Shown here: piece after piece, positions 36,116-49,377 of the stretch | Numbering within the stretch: the stretch's first letter is position 1 | How the letters are laid out: every line of letters starts with the position of its first letter | Assembly: GCF_018977255.1 (NCBI RefSeq) | Contig: NW_024704743.1 | Location: 49,044,001-49,108,000, forward strand | Reading direction: 5' to 3' | Origin: Callorhinchus milii | Taxonomy: Eukaryota | Length of the DNA stretch: 64,000 nt | The notes under the pieces: generated by a model | What the model saw: the letters and a program-made list of their open reading frames with translations, nothing else | Databases searched by the model: none | Told to the model about the DNA's origin: nothing | Translations under genes and position numbers: made by a program

Positions 36116-37729
36116 ACTGATACAAAGAGATTTTGAGAGTTATTTATTGAAAAAAAAGCACCAAAGAGCCTTTCATGTCTACATATAGAAGATTAGAACA
36201 GATTTATATTTTAATCTTTGTTCACTGGATATCTTATGATACATTAATGATGAAAACTTTCTTTTGGGTTACTGTTTGAAAATGCTCCCTTGCTTCAAGG
36301 CTCATGAAATATCGTGGATTGTTTTTTTTCATGTAAAAAAAAACTTGCTTTTACCTAAGCGAATGTAAAATAGCCAATGAAGTGAGTACATATCCCCAGT
36401 GATCCAGCTTTACATTGTTTCAGCAAGAGGGTTTGGAATAGTTGATGCACACAAAATGTATGGGTCACTTGTGGAACCAGGAAAACACCAATCAACTTAT
36501 AACAACAACAACAAGATTACATTTGTATAGTGCCTTTCACATCGGGAGGACGTCCCAAGGCGCTGGACAGTGTACAGCATTTCAGACCCAAGCTGGGGGT
36601 CGGGGGGGAAAAGGGAGGGGAATATATAACTTTGCCAGCACTGGGGTCAAAAATGCGACATTTCATAACTGATCTGATACAACAATTAAATCACATTTTA
36701 AAGAGAGATGATAAATCGATCAATAGTTATCGTTCGTTATTAATTACCACAATAAAATGAACGTAGACTATGAAATGTTATATATTTTATCCCACTCTCA
36801 CATTTCATTTGCATATTTAGAAGGTGCAATGCTTTTCTGTTCAGCTATGGTTCAGGTTTCAACTTTGAAATATACAATATTTCCTTATGTGTGTGTTGAT
36901 GACTTTTCATAGACTGGAATTAGAGCAGAATTTTGACAATTTTAAAGTAATTTTGTTATTATTCCAACTGACTCACTTACTAAATTTAATGCTTGTGGTG
37001 CCTTTGAGTATAAAGCATTAGGAACCTGATAAATGACTTGCATGGCACTATTTAAAAATCTCCCAGATACACAATTGGTCATTCACTTCATGTCTGTTTA
37101 CAAGTAAAGTTTTTTGTTTCAGACATGAAGAGCAAATCGACTTACCTCTTTAATACCACTTGCTGCTCTCTTAAATAAAGCTTGATGTGTAAAACTTAAG
37201 TGCCCCTGTAAGGCACAACTCAACAGACAAAAATTACAATATATAGTCCCAAATCTGCACAACTATAGCCATTTACAGCACAGAAGGAGGCTGTTTGGCC
37301 AATCGTGCCCAGGGTGCCTCTCTGAAGGAGCTATCCTTTCAGCCTCATTCTCCTAACATTTTATATTTCCCATTTTCAGGTATCTATCTAATTCTCTCTT
37401 TAATAGCTGACCTGGATTCTGCCTCAACTATCGCTCCAGGCTGGCATGAGCTGTTTCATTGTCAGTGGTGTTAGGAATGAGGATGAACAGTGAGAGCACT
37501 CCTACTCCTGATTTGATGAGGAAAAGATCATTGATGAAGAATCTGAAGAAGATTGGGCTGAGCACACTGCCCTGAGGAATTCCTACTCAATGTCCTGGCC
37601 TGTGATGTTTGTCCCCTAATAACCATGGTATGACTTCAGCCCCCTGACTCTTATTGACCTTGGTACCATAATTGGTTAAATGCCACCTTGATGTGTAAGG
37701 ATGTCATTCTCACTCAGTCCAGCCTTTTA

Positions 37730-37994
37730 GAATAGAGTTGAGGAAACATTTCTTCACTCAGAGGGTAGTGAATTTATGGAATTCACTACCCCAAAAGGCT
37801 GTAGAATCTCAGTCCTTGAACATTTTCAAGGCTGAGACTGATTGATTTTTAAAAAAATAGAGGGATTAGGGGATATGGGGATAGGGCAGGTAATTAGAGT
37901 TAGGTCAGAAGATCAGCCATGATCTTATCGAATGGCGGGGCAGGCTCGAGGGGCCAAATGGCCTACTCCTGCTCCTAATTCTTATGTTCTTATG
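37730..37994 (+). mobile_element. CR1 3' end
   Basis: FFTQRVVNLWNSLP...gatcagccatgatc...atggcctactcctgctcctaattcttatgttcttatg tail. Confidence 0.9.
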
Positions 37995-38329
37995 TGTGGA
38001 TCAAAGCTATGATGAGGTTCTGACAGAACCTGAACTGAGAGTTTGTGTGCAGGTCATTGGTGAGCGGTTGTCTCTTGATGGTACTATTGATGACTCATTC
38101 CATCACCTCACTGTGGAGACTTATGGCACCCTAATTGTCTGGATCGCATTTGTCCTGTTTCGTGTGGCTAGGACATTCCAGAACAATTTTCGACATTGTC
38201 GAGTAGCTGCCAGTGTTATAGCTATACTGAACCAACATGACTATAGGCAGTTATCAGTTAACAGGACTTATAGCTTTTGCAAGATCTAGTGTACTCAGCT
38301 GCTTGATACACGTGATATATGTGACAACC

Positions 38330-38741
38330 TTACCAGGCTCCACTGGCTCCCTTATTGCATGACGGATCAATTTCAAGATCCTCACACTCATGTACAAATC
38401 ACTTCAAGTTCTGGAGTCTCCCTGCTCTCCGATCTGCTTACATCCCATTCTAGTACCCGCCCTCTTCGTACAGCTGGCTCCAGACTCCTGCATGTCCCAC
38501 ATTCCCTCCAATCCACCATCTCTGGGTGTACTTTCAGCCACGAGGGCCGAGACTGGAACTCTTTGCCTCAATCCCTCTTCTTGTCCGTCTTCAGTTCATA
38601 CCTCAAGATCTTCCTCTTTGATTGTGCCTGTGATCACCTCCGATCTTTCCGGCTTGCTGTCAAGCTCCACTATTGTTAAGCACTTCAAAATGCTACCCTG
38701 CGTGAAGGATGCTATATAAATGCAAGTTGTTGTTGTTGTTG
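38330..38741 (+). mobile_element. Old L2 3' fragment
   Basis: LHWLP...QFQ(K)ILTLMYKSL, WNSLPQSL, gctatataaatgcaag(TTG)n. Confidence 0.8.
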
Positions 38742-41224
38742 ACATGAGCCGAACTGGCTGGACACTGGCAACCGCGGAAGGAGGCCGAGTAAGATTATCC
38801 ACTCATTATTTTTCACTGAAGTTGTTTTTGAACCCTTCAACCTTGTACTTTGTTCTCATATCCTACGCTCAACATGATTTAGAATGGGATGTTGATGCAG
38901 CCTCCTCCTTCCTTATTGAATGTGGCAGGGCATCAAAGCTTTTCTCTGTTCCATTGGTTGTGGGAATCACTTAGCTTGATCTAGAGCATGTTGTTTTTGG
39001 TATTTAGCGTGCAGGTAAGTCTTTTGTAGCTGCTGCACTAGGTTGGCACTTCATTCTGTCTGACATCTGGCAGATCCTCTCATTACATTCCTGATAAAAT
39101 CAGGGTTGGTCTCCTAGCTTGATGGTGAAAGGTGAATATAATAATAATAATCATAATAATAATCCTTGCATTTGATATAGTGCCTTATCACGTCTTCCAG
39201 ACGTCTCAAAGCACTTCACAGAATATATTGTAAAGTGAATTGACTGTAAGTTTTGTGGGTGAAATGAGAGAAGTGCTGGGTTCTAACATTACAGTAGAAC
39301 TGTGCAATTCTGCTGCTGATAATGGTCTATATAAAGCCTCCTGGATGCTTAGATCTGTCCTTAATTTTCCCTTTCCTGGCCTAACACAATGGTAGTGCCA
39401 CATCACAAGGTGAAGGGTGTCCTTACAGTGGAGATGAGAATTCTTTCACAAGCATTGCATGGTGGTCACAACGATTGCTTGTTGGTCACAACGACTGAGT
39501 AGATGAATCTGTGACAGGTGGGTTGGTGAGGACTAGATAAGTAGATTATTCCCAAAGGTGGTGAACCGCTGGTTATGGCATCTCAACAATGTAGTTATAT
39601 TTGTTGATAGTTGGAATTTCACTCTTCTCCCCACCCATGGCCAGTTTTGGATGTAATAAACGTTCAGTTTGGCAAGAGACAGCTCAGACATTTCTGATCC
39701 GCATATCTCAATTGGTGATCCTTTATTATGGAGGCAAAAGAGGGTTATTTCCTGCCTATTAAGGCAGTGACCAGTGTCAAATTGATGTTTGCTATGTGTG
39801 ATTTCATACATTTCATTAAAGTTTGTGAATGTGCATATTTTGCACATTCTCACACTGTATAATAAACAACTCTGTTAATATAATACAATTCACATTTAAA
39901 CAGGAGAACATCTCAAAGACTGGTGGCTGGGCTTGGGCATGGAAGCTGAATGGAGTGAGGAGGAAAAAGTTGACCAAAGGCATGGCCTTCAGACGGATCT
40001 TGAACGCAGTGAGGGAAAGAGCGAGTTCTGAGATCGAGGGCAGAATAGCTGCCTGCTGATAGTGGGACGGACATGAAGCAACAACAACTTGCACTTATAT
40101 AACCCCCTCCACGCAGGGTAGCGTGCCCACGAGAGTGCTTAAAAGCAGGCTGGTGTTAAAGGCTCAAATGCATCGCAATGTTTATATATGCTTTAAAAGA
40201 ATATTGACAGATGGCACAAACATACAGATGTCAATTGCATCCATTTAATATCTCTACCTGAACTAACAGAATGAAAGTTTATATACGCGTATTTGTGGGC
40301 ACAATTCAGGACTCCATACCTGCTGGGTTTTGATCATCTTAGTAGATAAGTTGCTGAAAATGATGAGTTCTTGTATTCTGAAGATATCCATATTTTAAAA
40401 CAAACATTTCCTGAATTTGGAGAGCAAAAACTTTGCTGATCAAGAACTGATTGGCCCCACTTTGCAATGGATTTTGTTTGTTTTTGAAACCTAGCCACTA
40501 GATCAGCTTTTTAAACCTCAATTTGTTTACTTTAAAAAGTACTTCAGTGTCCATCGAGTAAGTGGGAAATCAGCATTTCCCTGGTCCAGATTTAAAGCTT
40601 CTCCCAATTGACTCGCCCTGTATAGAAATTTCCAGCAAAACTGCTCAGAAACAGAAAGGGTTGTCATCTAGTGAACCCTAGTTTGTAATTTAACCTGTGT
40701 GGAGGAGGTGTGGGGGGAGGGGGGGAGGGGGATTTGTGGTAAAAAGAGTATTTAAAGTACAACTTGTAAGAGGTAATGGTTTGGAGCCTGTTTCGTTGTT
40801 TCATAAATGAATAGAAATTGCTGGTGTGTAGCATTTCACTCTGCACTCTTGCACTCTGCATTTCTGAAAACACCATCACATATATTATCGGATAACAAAC
40901 CAATTGTCTGGCACTAATCAACTTGATTTCTGTTAAAGAATTCTCATAAGCATAAACTTTCCTTTGCAATAAAGTCCCAGTTTTAAATTTTGTGGGCAGT
41001 CATGCATATATATTTGATATTAGACTTTGGGTTTAATAATTACCAACCTATAAATTCTCACGCTATAAACGCATAACAGTATAATTTATACGGCATGGCA
41101 TTTTGCAGCTCAGCAACCATGTTTATTAAAAATGGGAACCTTGTCTGTGCCTTATATTGTATTTGCAAATAGGTTTTAGTTTTGAAATGTGCCTGGAGTC
41201 AGTGCTTTTGCTGCACTTACTTAC

Positions 41225-41315
41225 CTCACTCTGCAGTATCATTACAGCGTGGTTGAAATGATGGTGCTCCAGAGTGGCGGACGTGCCGTATAGCTGGGCT
41301 AGTGCAGATCTGCTC
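41225..41315 (-). CDS. PDE11A: PDE11A coding exon, 91 nt, (K)SRSALAQLYGTSATLEHHHFNHAVMILQSE
   Basis: ctgcag|GAGC...GAG|gtaagt. EHHH motif; phase 2 to 0. Confidence 0.97.
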
Positions 41316-43659
41316 CTGCAGGAGGATCAAACGGAAAAACTGTGGGAGCTGTCAAAGTATCAGTAGCAAACAACCAGTGTGCATGTTAGGGCATGGCGCA
41401 AGCATCCCCTGGTTCATTACATTTGGAATTTTAAAGCAGTAATGAGATTCAGTAGCAAAAGTTGTTCGTGAAATCTGAATGTGCACACAAGGATATCTAA
41501 TTTGTGCTGTCATCCGTACTTGCACATGTATAAATTTAAATTGGAAATGAGCCAAGAGATCACTGTAGTTCACTAAATTATTCAGGATAAAAAGTTGCCG
41601 GACACTGTGGTGTAGGTTAATATTATTACTTTGCCGTTGGGCACCTCAATTTAGATGGGGAGGGGAGGTCAATAGCATTAATCATTGGGGGAAAAAAATA
41701 TTATAAAGAATATATGTACTGTACAACTCCCTGCTGTGCCACAAACTGACTTGACAGACACACTAATATACCAAGTCCAACAATCTACTTCAAAACAAGA
41801 TTCCTAATGAAATGAAACTTCTGGAATAAACAGATCAAGAAGTTTTCTTTTGTCTTTATTAATTTTCAATATAAATTTGATGACATTAGTAAAGCACCCA
41901 AGTGCTACTTATTATGTACAGGTTTTTTATGTAAAAAAATGTTTGCTATCACATAGGAGAGGGTGGTGCTGAACATGTTGCTTCTCTCAATGTTATATAA
42001 AACAAAGTTCCCTTCCCATACCTCACACCAAACATATTGTATGTGTGGTTACAGGCTCAGTGACCACAGCATTCATTTCACAGTAAGAGCAAATTAAGGT
42101 TTAGCTTTGCCCCTGATGACAGGATCAAGCATTATCAAACATTGTGCTGGCTTGAGGTGAGGTGAGCAAGCACCCGTATGTTTCTTAGATGGTAAAACAA
42201 AGCAAGTATGAACTGAAAAAAAGCAATATAACGTTTTCTCCACAGATAGAAGGCTTGAAATTCCACTTCCTATGGACTATAAGACCATTCTGTCTTAAAA
42301 TTTAATATTGCACAGAATTGTGAAAAATTGTTACATTCAGTCTTAACTTGGAAATACAGTACTTCTTATAAAGAATCGTCTTCCAAATCCAGACTGAATT
42401 TCAGATTTTTTTACAATTCTGTCATAAATATAAGGAAAAATGACATTTCAGATCTGTACAATTTGTGCCATCAAGATCTCTTCACACCTCACTCAAAGTC
42501 CTGAGGGAGGCAAACTAATCACAGGCAAAACCTTTAGGAAGATAAAGATCTGTGAAATTTCTCCCCAAATCTAATCGAGCGAGACTTCCAGATATAAATC
42601 CAACCTTACAATTCACACTAATGAACCGTGACCAATTGCATTGTGCAGATAGCTCAACCAGAGACCCAGCAGTACATCATTTTTCCAATCTACGAGATGA
42701 AGAAGGAGCTCGAGAACCATATAGGAGGCAGAACAACAATGACTTTTCTTTCTGAAACAATCTGACTGAAAGGACGAATGGGGAGTATTCAGGTTGATTC
42801 AGGCTTCTTTTTCAGAGCCAAAATGTACTCTACACTGTACTCAGGATACGCAAAGCTGAAGTGAAGAAAATACTGTCAGAGTTCCTCCGCTCCTGAAGGC
42901 ATCTTGTCTTGTTTCGTTTCACTTGACTGTACTCTACAAGTTAAGTTATTCTCTGTTATAACTGATAGTTCATGTACAAACCTTCAACGTGACTGAGGAC
43001 TAGCACATGTTTTAGAACTTTCTCTCTCCCCCACGCCTTTGGTCAAGGATAGTATCAGCAGATATTTAGGTGTAACCATAACAATCAGATTCTCAACCTT
43101 ATACTGAAAGAAGTTCCCCCTCTCAATCCTGCCACCAAACATATGCATGGTCCTCAGGCAGCAAGCATGCTTTCATCATTCATCTAACATAATGAATGCT
43201 TCGTCAGGGCAGCTCAGCATTGTCAGCAATGTCAGACATGAAGTGGTGCTAATATATAATGGTTGAGTTTAAAAAAAACTCAACCAGAGATAAGTTTGTT
43301 TAATGATGTTCTTATGAGATTAATTCATTGAAGTATTGATCTGGGGTTTATCGAAATCTATTTTTCCAGTGCTCTAATGCTGTAAAAGGGGATATTATAT
43401 TTTAGCAGCAAAAGTACATTTGCATTATTTGCAATTACCTCATCTGCCATGAAATTTTATTAACCGCTAAATTTACTTTTATGACTGCCTCTCATTACCC
43501 CGCTCTAGTGGTGCTCAAAGTGCTGTGAAGAGGTTCGGAATGTTGGATGTTTACCATTCGAGGATATTTTATAGCACATCGAATGGAAAGGCGTAGCTTT
43601 ATTGCTGATATTTTTTCCCTTTACGAGGTGCTACCATACAAACTGCATCTCTTACTTAC

Positions 43660-43769
43660 TTTGCCTGGAAAGCATTGTTTGTTCCTCTGTGGTCAAGGTC
43701 ATGACACAGACAGCCCACCATCAAGGCGAGGATTTCAACATCAGAAATAATCTCCCGGAAGCCAACAGT
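43660..43769 (-). CDS. PDE11A: PDE11A coding exon, 110 nt, [36 protein letters not shown](K)
   Basis: cttcag|ACT...GCAAA|gtaagt. Contains the PDE signature [10 protein letters not shown] (metal-binding HD). Confidence 0.97.
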
Positions 43770-45324
43770 CTGAAGGAAGATAGGAAAAACATTGACAATC
43801 AACATTCATATCATGATTAAGTCCTAATTTTGTCAGTAATTTTTGCTTTAAAACTGCAAAAGAATTAAATTCCAACACCTCTAAGGGAATCATTGTTATT
43901 TAGTCACGATGGGATCACATTAGTCCATCACTATCTGCTAACTCAGCCTCTGCTTTTAACTATTAATGACAATCATAATTCTTGCAATTGATAGTGAGCT
44001 GTTCACGTCAGAAGGATGTCTCGAAGCACTTCACAGGACCTACAGTAAAGTGCAGTAACTGTGTATTTTGTAGACAAACAATCAATCAGCGCTGTTCCCA
44101 TTCATCTTTTTTCATGTCAACTTTCATTTCAAGTTTCTTTCATTCTCCATTTCTCTCTAGAAGCCATTTAACTCAATTTCCTTCCACTAGGGTAAATTTC
44201 CACAGGCACCAGTTGTCTTCCATTACCTCATCCAAGTAACACTATGCATGTGTGCACCTCGACAATGTGTGAAAGTAGGTGATTCAACCACAGTATCATA
44301 GCCAAACACCATGTCATTTAATATTTCTTCGGGCTATTCCCTCAATACAACAACAACAAAAATTGCATTCATATAGCGTCATTCACATCGGGAGGACGTT
44401 CCAAAGCACTGGACAATGAGGTGTTTGCACCAGAGCTGTGCGTTGGGATCAAGAGAGGTGGAAAGCAAGGGGGGTGGATGAGGGATGATGACTGAAGGCA
44501 CGGTCAGAATCAATATTCATTGGAACAGTTTGCCAGATCAGGTTTAAGCCAGGATGCTGAACTCATTTAAAAACAGGTTGATGCTGTGGTGGCTGGAAGG
44601 AGGGGTGTGCATTCTGGTAGGATGAGATGAAATGGGTTGAAGGGCCTTCTTCATCCAAATCAATCTTATGATTTAGTGATCTTGCAAACAAACGTATTCA
44701 TTTCTTTCTTGAATCCTTCAAGGAGCAGATATAAACACGTAAGGGGAAAGGCAGTAGAACGAGACCAAATGGATAGCTCTTTCAGAGATACTCTACAGTA
44801 GAGATGGACTCTTCCTATGCTGTAAATTTCTATGGTATATTTATTACTGAATGAAAACTTTCAACACTGAACACTGAACCAGTACTACTCATTTTTATAA
44901 CGTGCACTTTTTTATTAATCTCACTTCCCATCTCTTTCCATGTATCTCATGTTTTTGCTATTCTGAATTGTTTTCTGGGACCTTGCATTCCAAAATTTTC
45001 ATCAATCTCTATGAGAAGAAATCATCCATGCCTCAGCCCTAACCCACTTTAGTCTAATTTTGACGGTTAAGTCCTCTCTCTGGTAACTAATAGGCCCATC
45101 AGGAGAAAAAATGTTTTCTCTCTATGTGTTGAATCTCTTTACAATCTTAAACACCTCAATCAAATCACCCCTCAACAGCCTCAGCACCAGAGAACACATC
45201 CGTAATCTAACCAATGTTTCACTATATTGTAGCACCCTCTCCCCATCCCTGGCAGAATTCTTTTGAATCTACATGACACTTTCTCAAAATTAGTGGGTAT
45301 CCTTTCTCCATTGTGGTTCAAGCT

Positions 45325-45551
45325 TTAGTCAATTGGCAGATCGCTTTTCCGGTGGTAATAATCCCTCAAAAAAAAATGTGGTTACTCAATCCATAACTGT
45401 CTGTGGGACACTTCTGTGTGCAATTGGCTGTCGCATTTTGCCCATAAAATTCAGTCAATTCACTTCACAATATATTCTGTGAAGTGCTTTGAGACGTCTC
45501 AACGATGTGATAAGGCGCTATATCAAATGCAAGGATTATTATTATTATTAT
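45325..45551 (+). mobile_element. 5'-truncated tRNA/Deu SINE (long subfamily)
   Basis: ttagtcaattggcagatcgcttttcc...Deu...aaatgcaagga(TTA)n. Confidence 0.85.
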
Positions 45552-46823
45552 AAACATTGAGGACGAAAATGCAATATGCATTAACTGCCTTTGTGTCCAA
45601 TGATGATGATTTCCTGTTTTCAAATAAGAGTCTAAAACTTTCAATTCTAACAATTTCAACCTGAATAAAGACCGGCAAGAAAAATGCCGGTGGGAAATAG
45701 TCAACCTTTCGCTTGTTGGCCTTTTGTTTGCTCCTTACCAGATTGGGATTTGTGTTTGTCAGCCAAATCTCGCAATCCAATATTCGGAGACCAGAAGTCA
45801 CAACAATACAGCAAATTCCTTTATAAAAATCAGGGTTTAGACCCCCATTGTCCCCAGGGTTTGTCCTCATAAATTATCATTTATGAATTCACTCCCAGCT
45901 ATCCAGTACATATGTTTTGAAGCTACAAAATATTCAACAGGTATGAATCATATATTTGTGTGTAAACCATAGAGTTCTCACGTGTTTTGCTTTAATGCTC
46001 TTGTTTAACAATACAGTGAGTGTCAACGTATTCTGGTTTCAGTTTACGCATTCTCATTTCTGAGATCACCTGACCTATAATGACAACCAGGCTGTTTTAG
46101 CATTTGACCTATTTTACCAGAATGAAAAAACACTCCTCTCCGTTGATCTTGTAACATGAAACACATTACAAAACGCAGAATGCTTCACCCCACAATAGCA
46201 GTATTGCTCTCCTAGCTGGTTATTATCATGCAAACAACACAAATTGCAAAGTTAAAGGCTCCCGAAATATCACAAGAGTTAGTTTATAGTTGCTCCAGTT
46301 AATTAGGGTATCCTTGTAGAAATTAAATTATTCCATGTATCAATCAAGCGATCAATCAAATATATCCGTCAAGTGCTCTGGGACACTACCCTGCATGAGG
46401 GGTGCTATATCAATCCAAGTTATTGTTGTTGTTCTCAAATTGGCCCACTGGTACTTAATCAAATACAGTGGGAATTAATTGGTGCTTTTGAAATTTAGGA
46501 AAAAATTCTTCATAATGAAATGCTCTGCTAGGGGTGGCTGTTTAGAGCAGAGTCATTTGGGGCATTGAAGAGAGAATGCGAGGGTACTGGAAACGATCAG
46601 GGAATTTTGATTAGGATGGATTGATTCTTCAAGGACCATTCGGGCCATTTTTTTCAAACCCACTTTGAAAAAATTGTCTCCTACTGTATCGTACATTTCT
46701 ATGGTTCTTTGGTTCTATTATAATATCTCGGATAACTTGTCCCAAACAATATTATGCTGTGATTCACATGCACAGTTCTTAACGTCTGCTTAAATGGGAA
46801 TTTACACTTATCTGCTGACTTAC

Positions 46824-46931
46824 TGTGATCATGACAAACATGCACTGAGCAACATTGAAGGCATGGCGCCAGTTGTGGTATGGAACATTACGGTAGTTTT
46901 TTCTCACTGTGAGGAGCCAGCGGCATAGAAC
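46824..46931 (-). CDS. PDE11A: PDE11A coding exon, 108 nt, [36 protein letters not shown]
   Basis: tttcag|GTT...ACA|gtaagt. Contains the class I PDE YHNxxH motif. Confidence 0.97.
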
Positions 46932-47019
46932 CTGAAACAGCACAAAACATTACACCCATTAGTTCATTCTGATGACATGGGTAGAATTCACTTTTTTTTA
47001 AACAGGTAAAACAATCTTC

Positions 47020-47430
47020 CATTTGACATTGTGCCTATAACATCAAAATGACTCAAAGAGATGCATAGAGAATTTCTGTCAAGTCTACTGTATATTTAAG
47101 TGTTAAATATTTGTTAAGTGTGATTGTATATTTGTCAGTAAGTGCGGCAGCTAAATTGTGCACAGCAAGGTCGCACATACAGCCATGAAGTGAATGACCA
47201 ATAATATGTGGCTTATTGTTGGCCAGAACATCGGGTGAAACTCCCTTCACTTTCTGAAGATTGTTATTTTTTTTTTTAACATCGACCTGAACAGGCAGTC
47301 GGGACCTCGGTTTAATGTCTCATCCAAATGTTGTCAGCTCCATCAATGCACTATTCCCCCAGTCCTGGGTGGGGGGGGGGCAGACAAATTATGCCCACAA
47401 CCTTCTGACCCAGAGGCGAAAGTGAGCCAT
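47020..47430 (-). mobile_element. Old Deu-domain SINE
   Basis: gcggcagctaaattgtgcacagcaaggtcgcacatacagc...gggacctcggtttaatgtctcatcc...cccacaaccttctgacccagaggcga. Confidence 0.65.
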
Positions 47431-49230
47431 GCTGATACCAAGTAAAATATATATTAGCCTGGAAGGAAATCTTGACATGGGCTGTTTTTATTTTATTTTT
47501 CATTTGATTACCATATTGTTCTGTTCTTCTTCTTCATCTGCCTGGCATTGCAATAATCAGGTCAAGCACATGGTGTGCTTTCTGACTGGGGCCTCCAACC
47601 CCCTCACCCGTCATGAGAAAATCTAAAGACATCATGGGGACTATCCAAGTTGTTAGGAGACCTATTAAAAACATCAGTATATTTCCAAGGAAAAGGTTCC
47701 ATTGAAGATATTAAACAAAGGTAAGGTGAAAAAGAAAGGTGGTACGTAAGTGATCCATATCTTATTCCAAAAGATGCTCTCATTATTGTTGAAGATGTTT
47801 GACGTATGTCCTACATTTTGGCCTTGGGACACTTTGAAAGCAAATCATTTGGTAAAGGTTATGTTTGACCTGCTGCTACGGTTCCGTTTCCCGAGTGAAC
47901 AAGATACCAGACCTGATGTTCACAAGGTAAAAACAGCAGGAACACGATGTATGCAACGCACACCAGACAGCTGGGAAATATTGTTTATGATCCTCACAGT
48001 GTTCTGAAAGAAAATAAAAACAATACTATATAGATCATCGAAGGAGTTGTACTTACGCGTACAGGAAAAAAATTACTGCTATCAATTCTAGACAAGAGCA
48101 CACTTGAGCTCATTAATGAGGTTCAAATTGCTTCTCCATTCAACCTAAATAACATAATATAACTTGGGTTTCTGGCTGGTGTTGGTGAAAGGGGAAGGAA
48201 GTGAAATAGAAGAAGGTCTGATAGTATCTCTTACTTTCCTGTCAGCTTCCCATTGAGTTAAGAAACATTATATTGTCGCAATAGAATTCAATAGCAATGA
48301 GGTGCATTGCTTACTGGTAATTAATAGACTGCTGCATCATCACACATTACGCTGGCCTGACATACACTGTTGTGTGAATGCTCATTTCTAATGACATGCT
48401 TTCATACTAATAAAGTAGAACTCTGCTAAAAATTAAACATCAGGAGAATATTTCTATTGAAGCTTCTAACTATGATCAGGACAATGCTCTCAACATGTTG
48501 CAAAATGACAATTTACAGTTATACTAAAGAAGTTGTATTTTAGTGAGCACCTGAGAGTGAGAGGAAAGGGTTGATGCTCCATTTGACACTAAAACCAGCA
48601 TGCACTAAGTGCACAGAGTACAATCACCCCTTATGTATTATTTTTATGACTTATATGTAGGGGATATAAATCTTATCGTTAATGGTATTACTGGAATATA
48701 TTTAGGTTGGGAAATGGGTGAATCAATATTTTAACAAGTAATATGCTCACCCTCATGAAAAACGCTTGCAGGTTTTACTAATGCACATTCTACTACAATG
48801 ACTAGTATATATATATTATATATGTTTGCAATAACAATAACTGACCACATACAGTCAATTTCCTGGTGTAAACCAGGAATGTGGTTTAAAATCCATACAA
48901 GGATTTTTAAATTCAGGGAAAACTCCTTGTTAAAATTCCATATTGGATTCAAAACCAATATTTCAAATTAGACCCCCAATATCTGACTAAATATATGGTT
49001 GATTCTTAACACTGTGCTCCAGAGGACCAACAGTGGATGTTATAAGGAAAATTCTTGATAACTTAGAAGCAATATCATAACAAGTAAATATATTCAACAT
49101 ACCTGTTATGCCCATTTAATTGAACACGGATAGCTCACAAATACTTGCACTGCCCAGGACCAAATCTGTGTAATGGCACACACATATTTACAACAAAGCA
49201 AACACGTCCATCCACAGAATCCTTTCTTAC

Positions 49231-49377
49231 CTCGTAATCTACTTTGAATTTCTGTACCATTCCCAGCTCCATAAACATTCTTAGTGAGGCTGTGATCATT
49301 CCATCGCTATCGAGGGAAAAATCATTGAAGTAAAAATTGGCAATTCCCAGTTCACTTACAGATGGAATTTTTGCAGC
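49231..49377 (-). CDS. PDE11A: PDE11A coding exon, 147 nt, AAKIPSVSELGIANFYFNDFSLDSDGMITASLRMFMELGMVQKFKVDYE
   Basis: acctag|GCT...GAG|gtaaga. Start of the catalytic domain; matches PDE11A ...MITAALRMFMELGMVQKFKIDYE. Confidence 0.96.

Larger units (their letters stand above)
37440..39135 (-). mobile_element. Ancient CR1-group LINE ORF2 relic hosting two younger insertions
   Basis: Minus-strand GIPQGSVLSPIFFRFFINDL (~37525-37585), HIKVAFNQLWYQG (~37660-37700) and VME*VINSTIKR...SQFRF (~38025-38110). The upstream limit is approximate. Confidence 0.7.

Noticed and set aside
46824..46931. Assignment to PDE5A, PDE6 or PDE10A
   Set aside because: [34 protein letters not shown] and LQLEW are PDE11-type. 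A PDE11A-like paralogue cannot be excluded without a phylogeny.
47700..48060. Strong minus-strand acceptor at ~48005 suggesting a cassette exon or nested gene
   Set aside because: All three frames close quickly with no recognisable product, and the flanking PDE11A exons join in frame without it.
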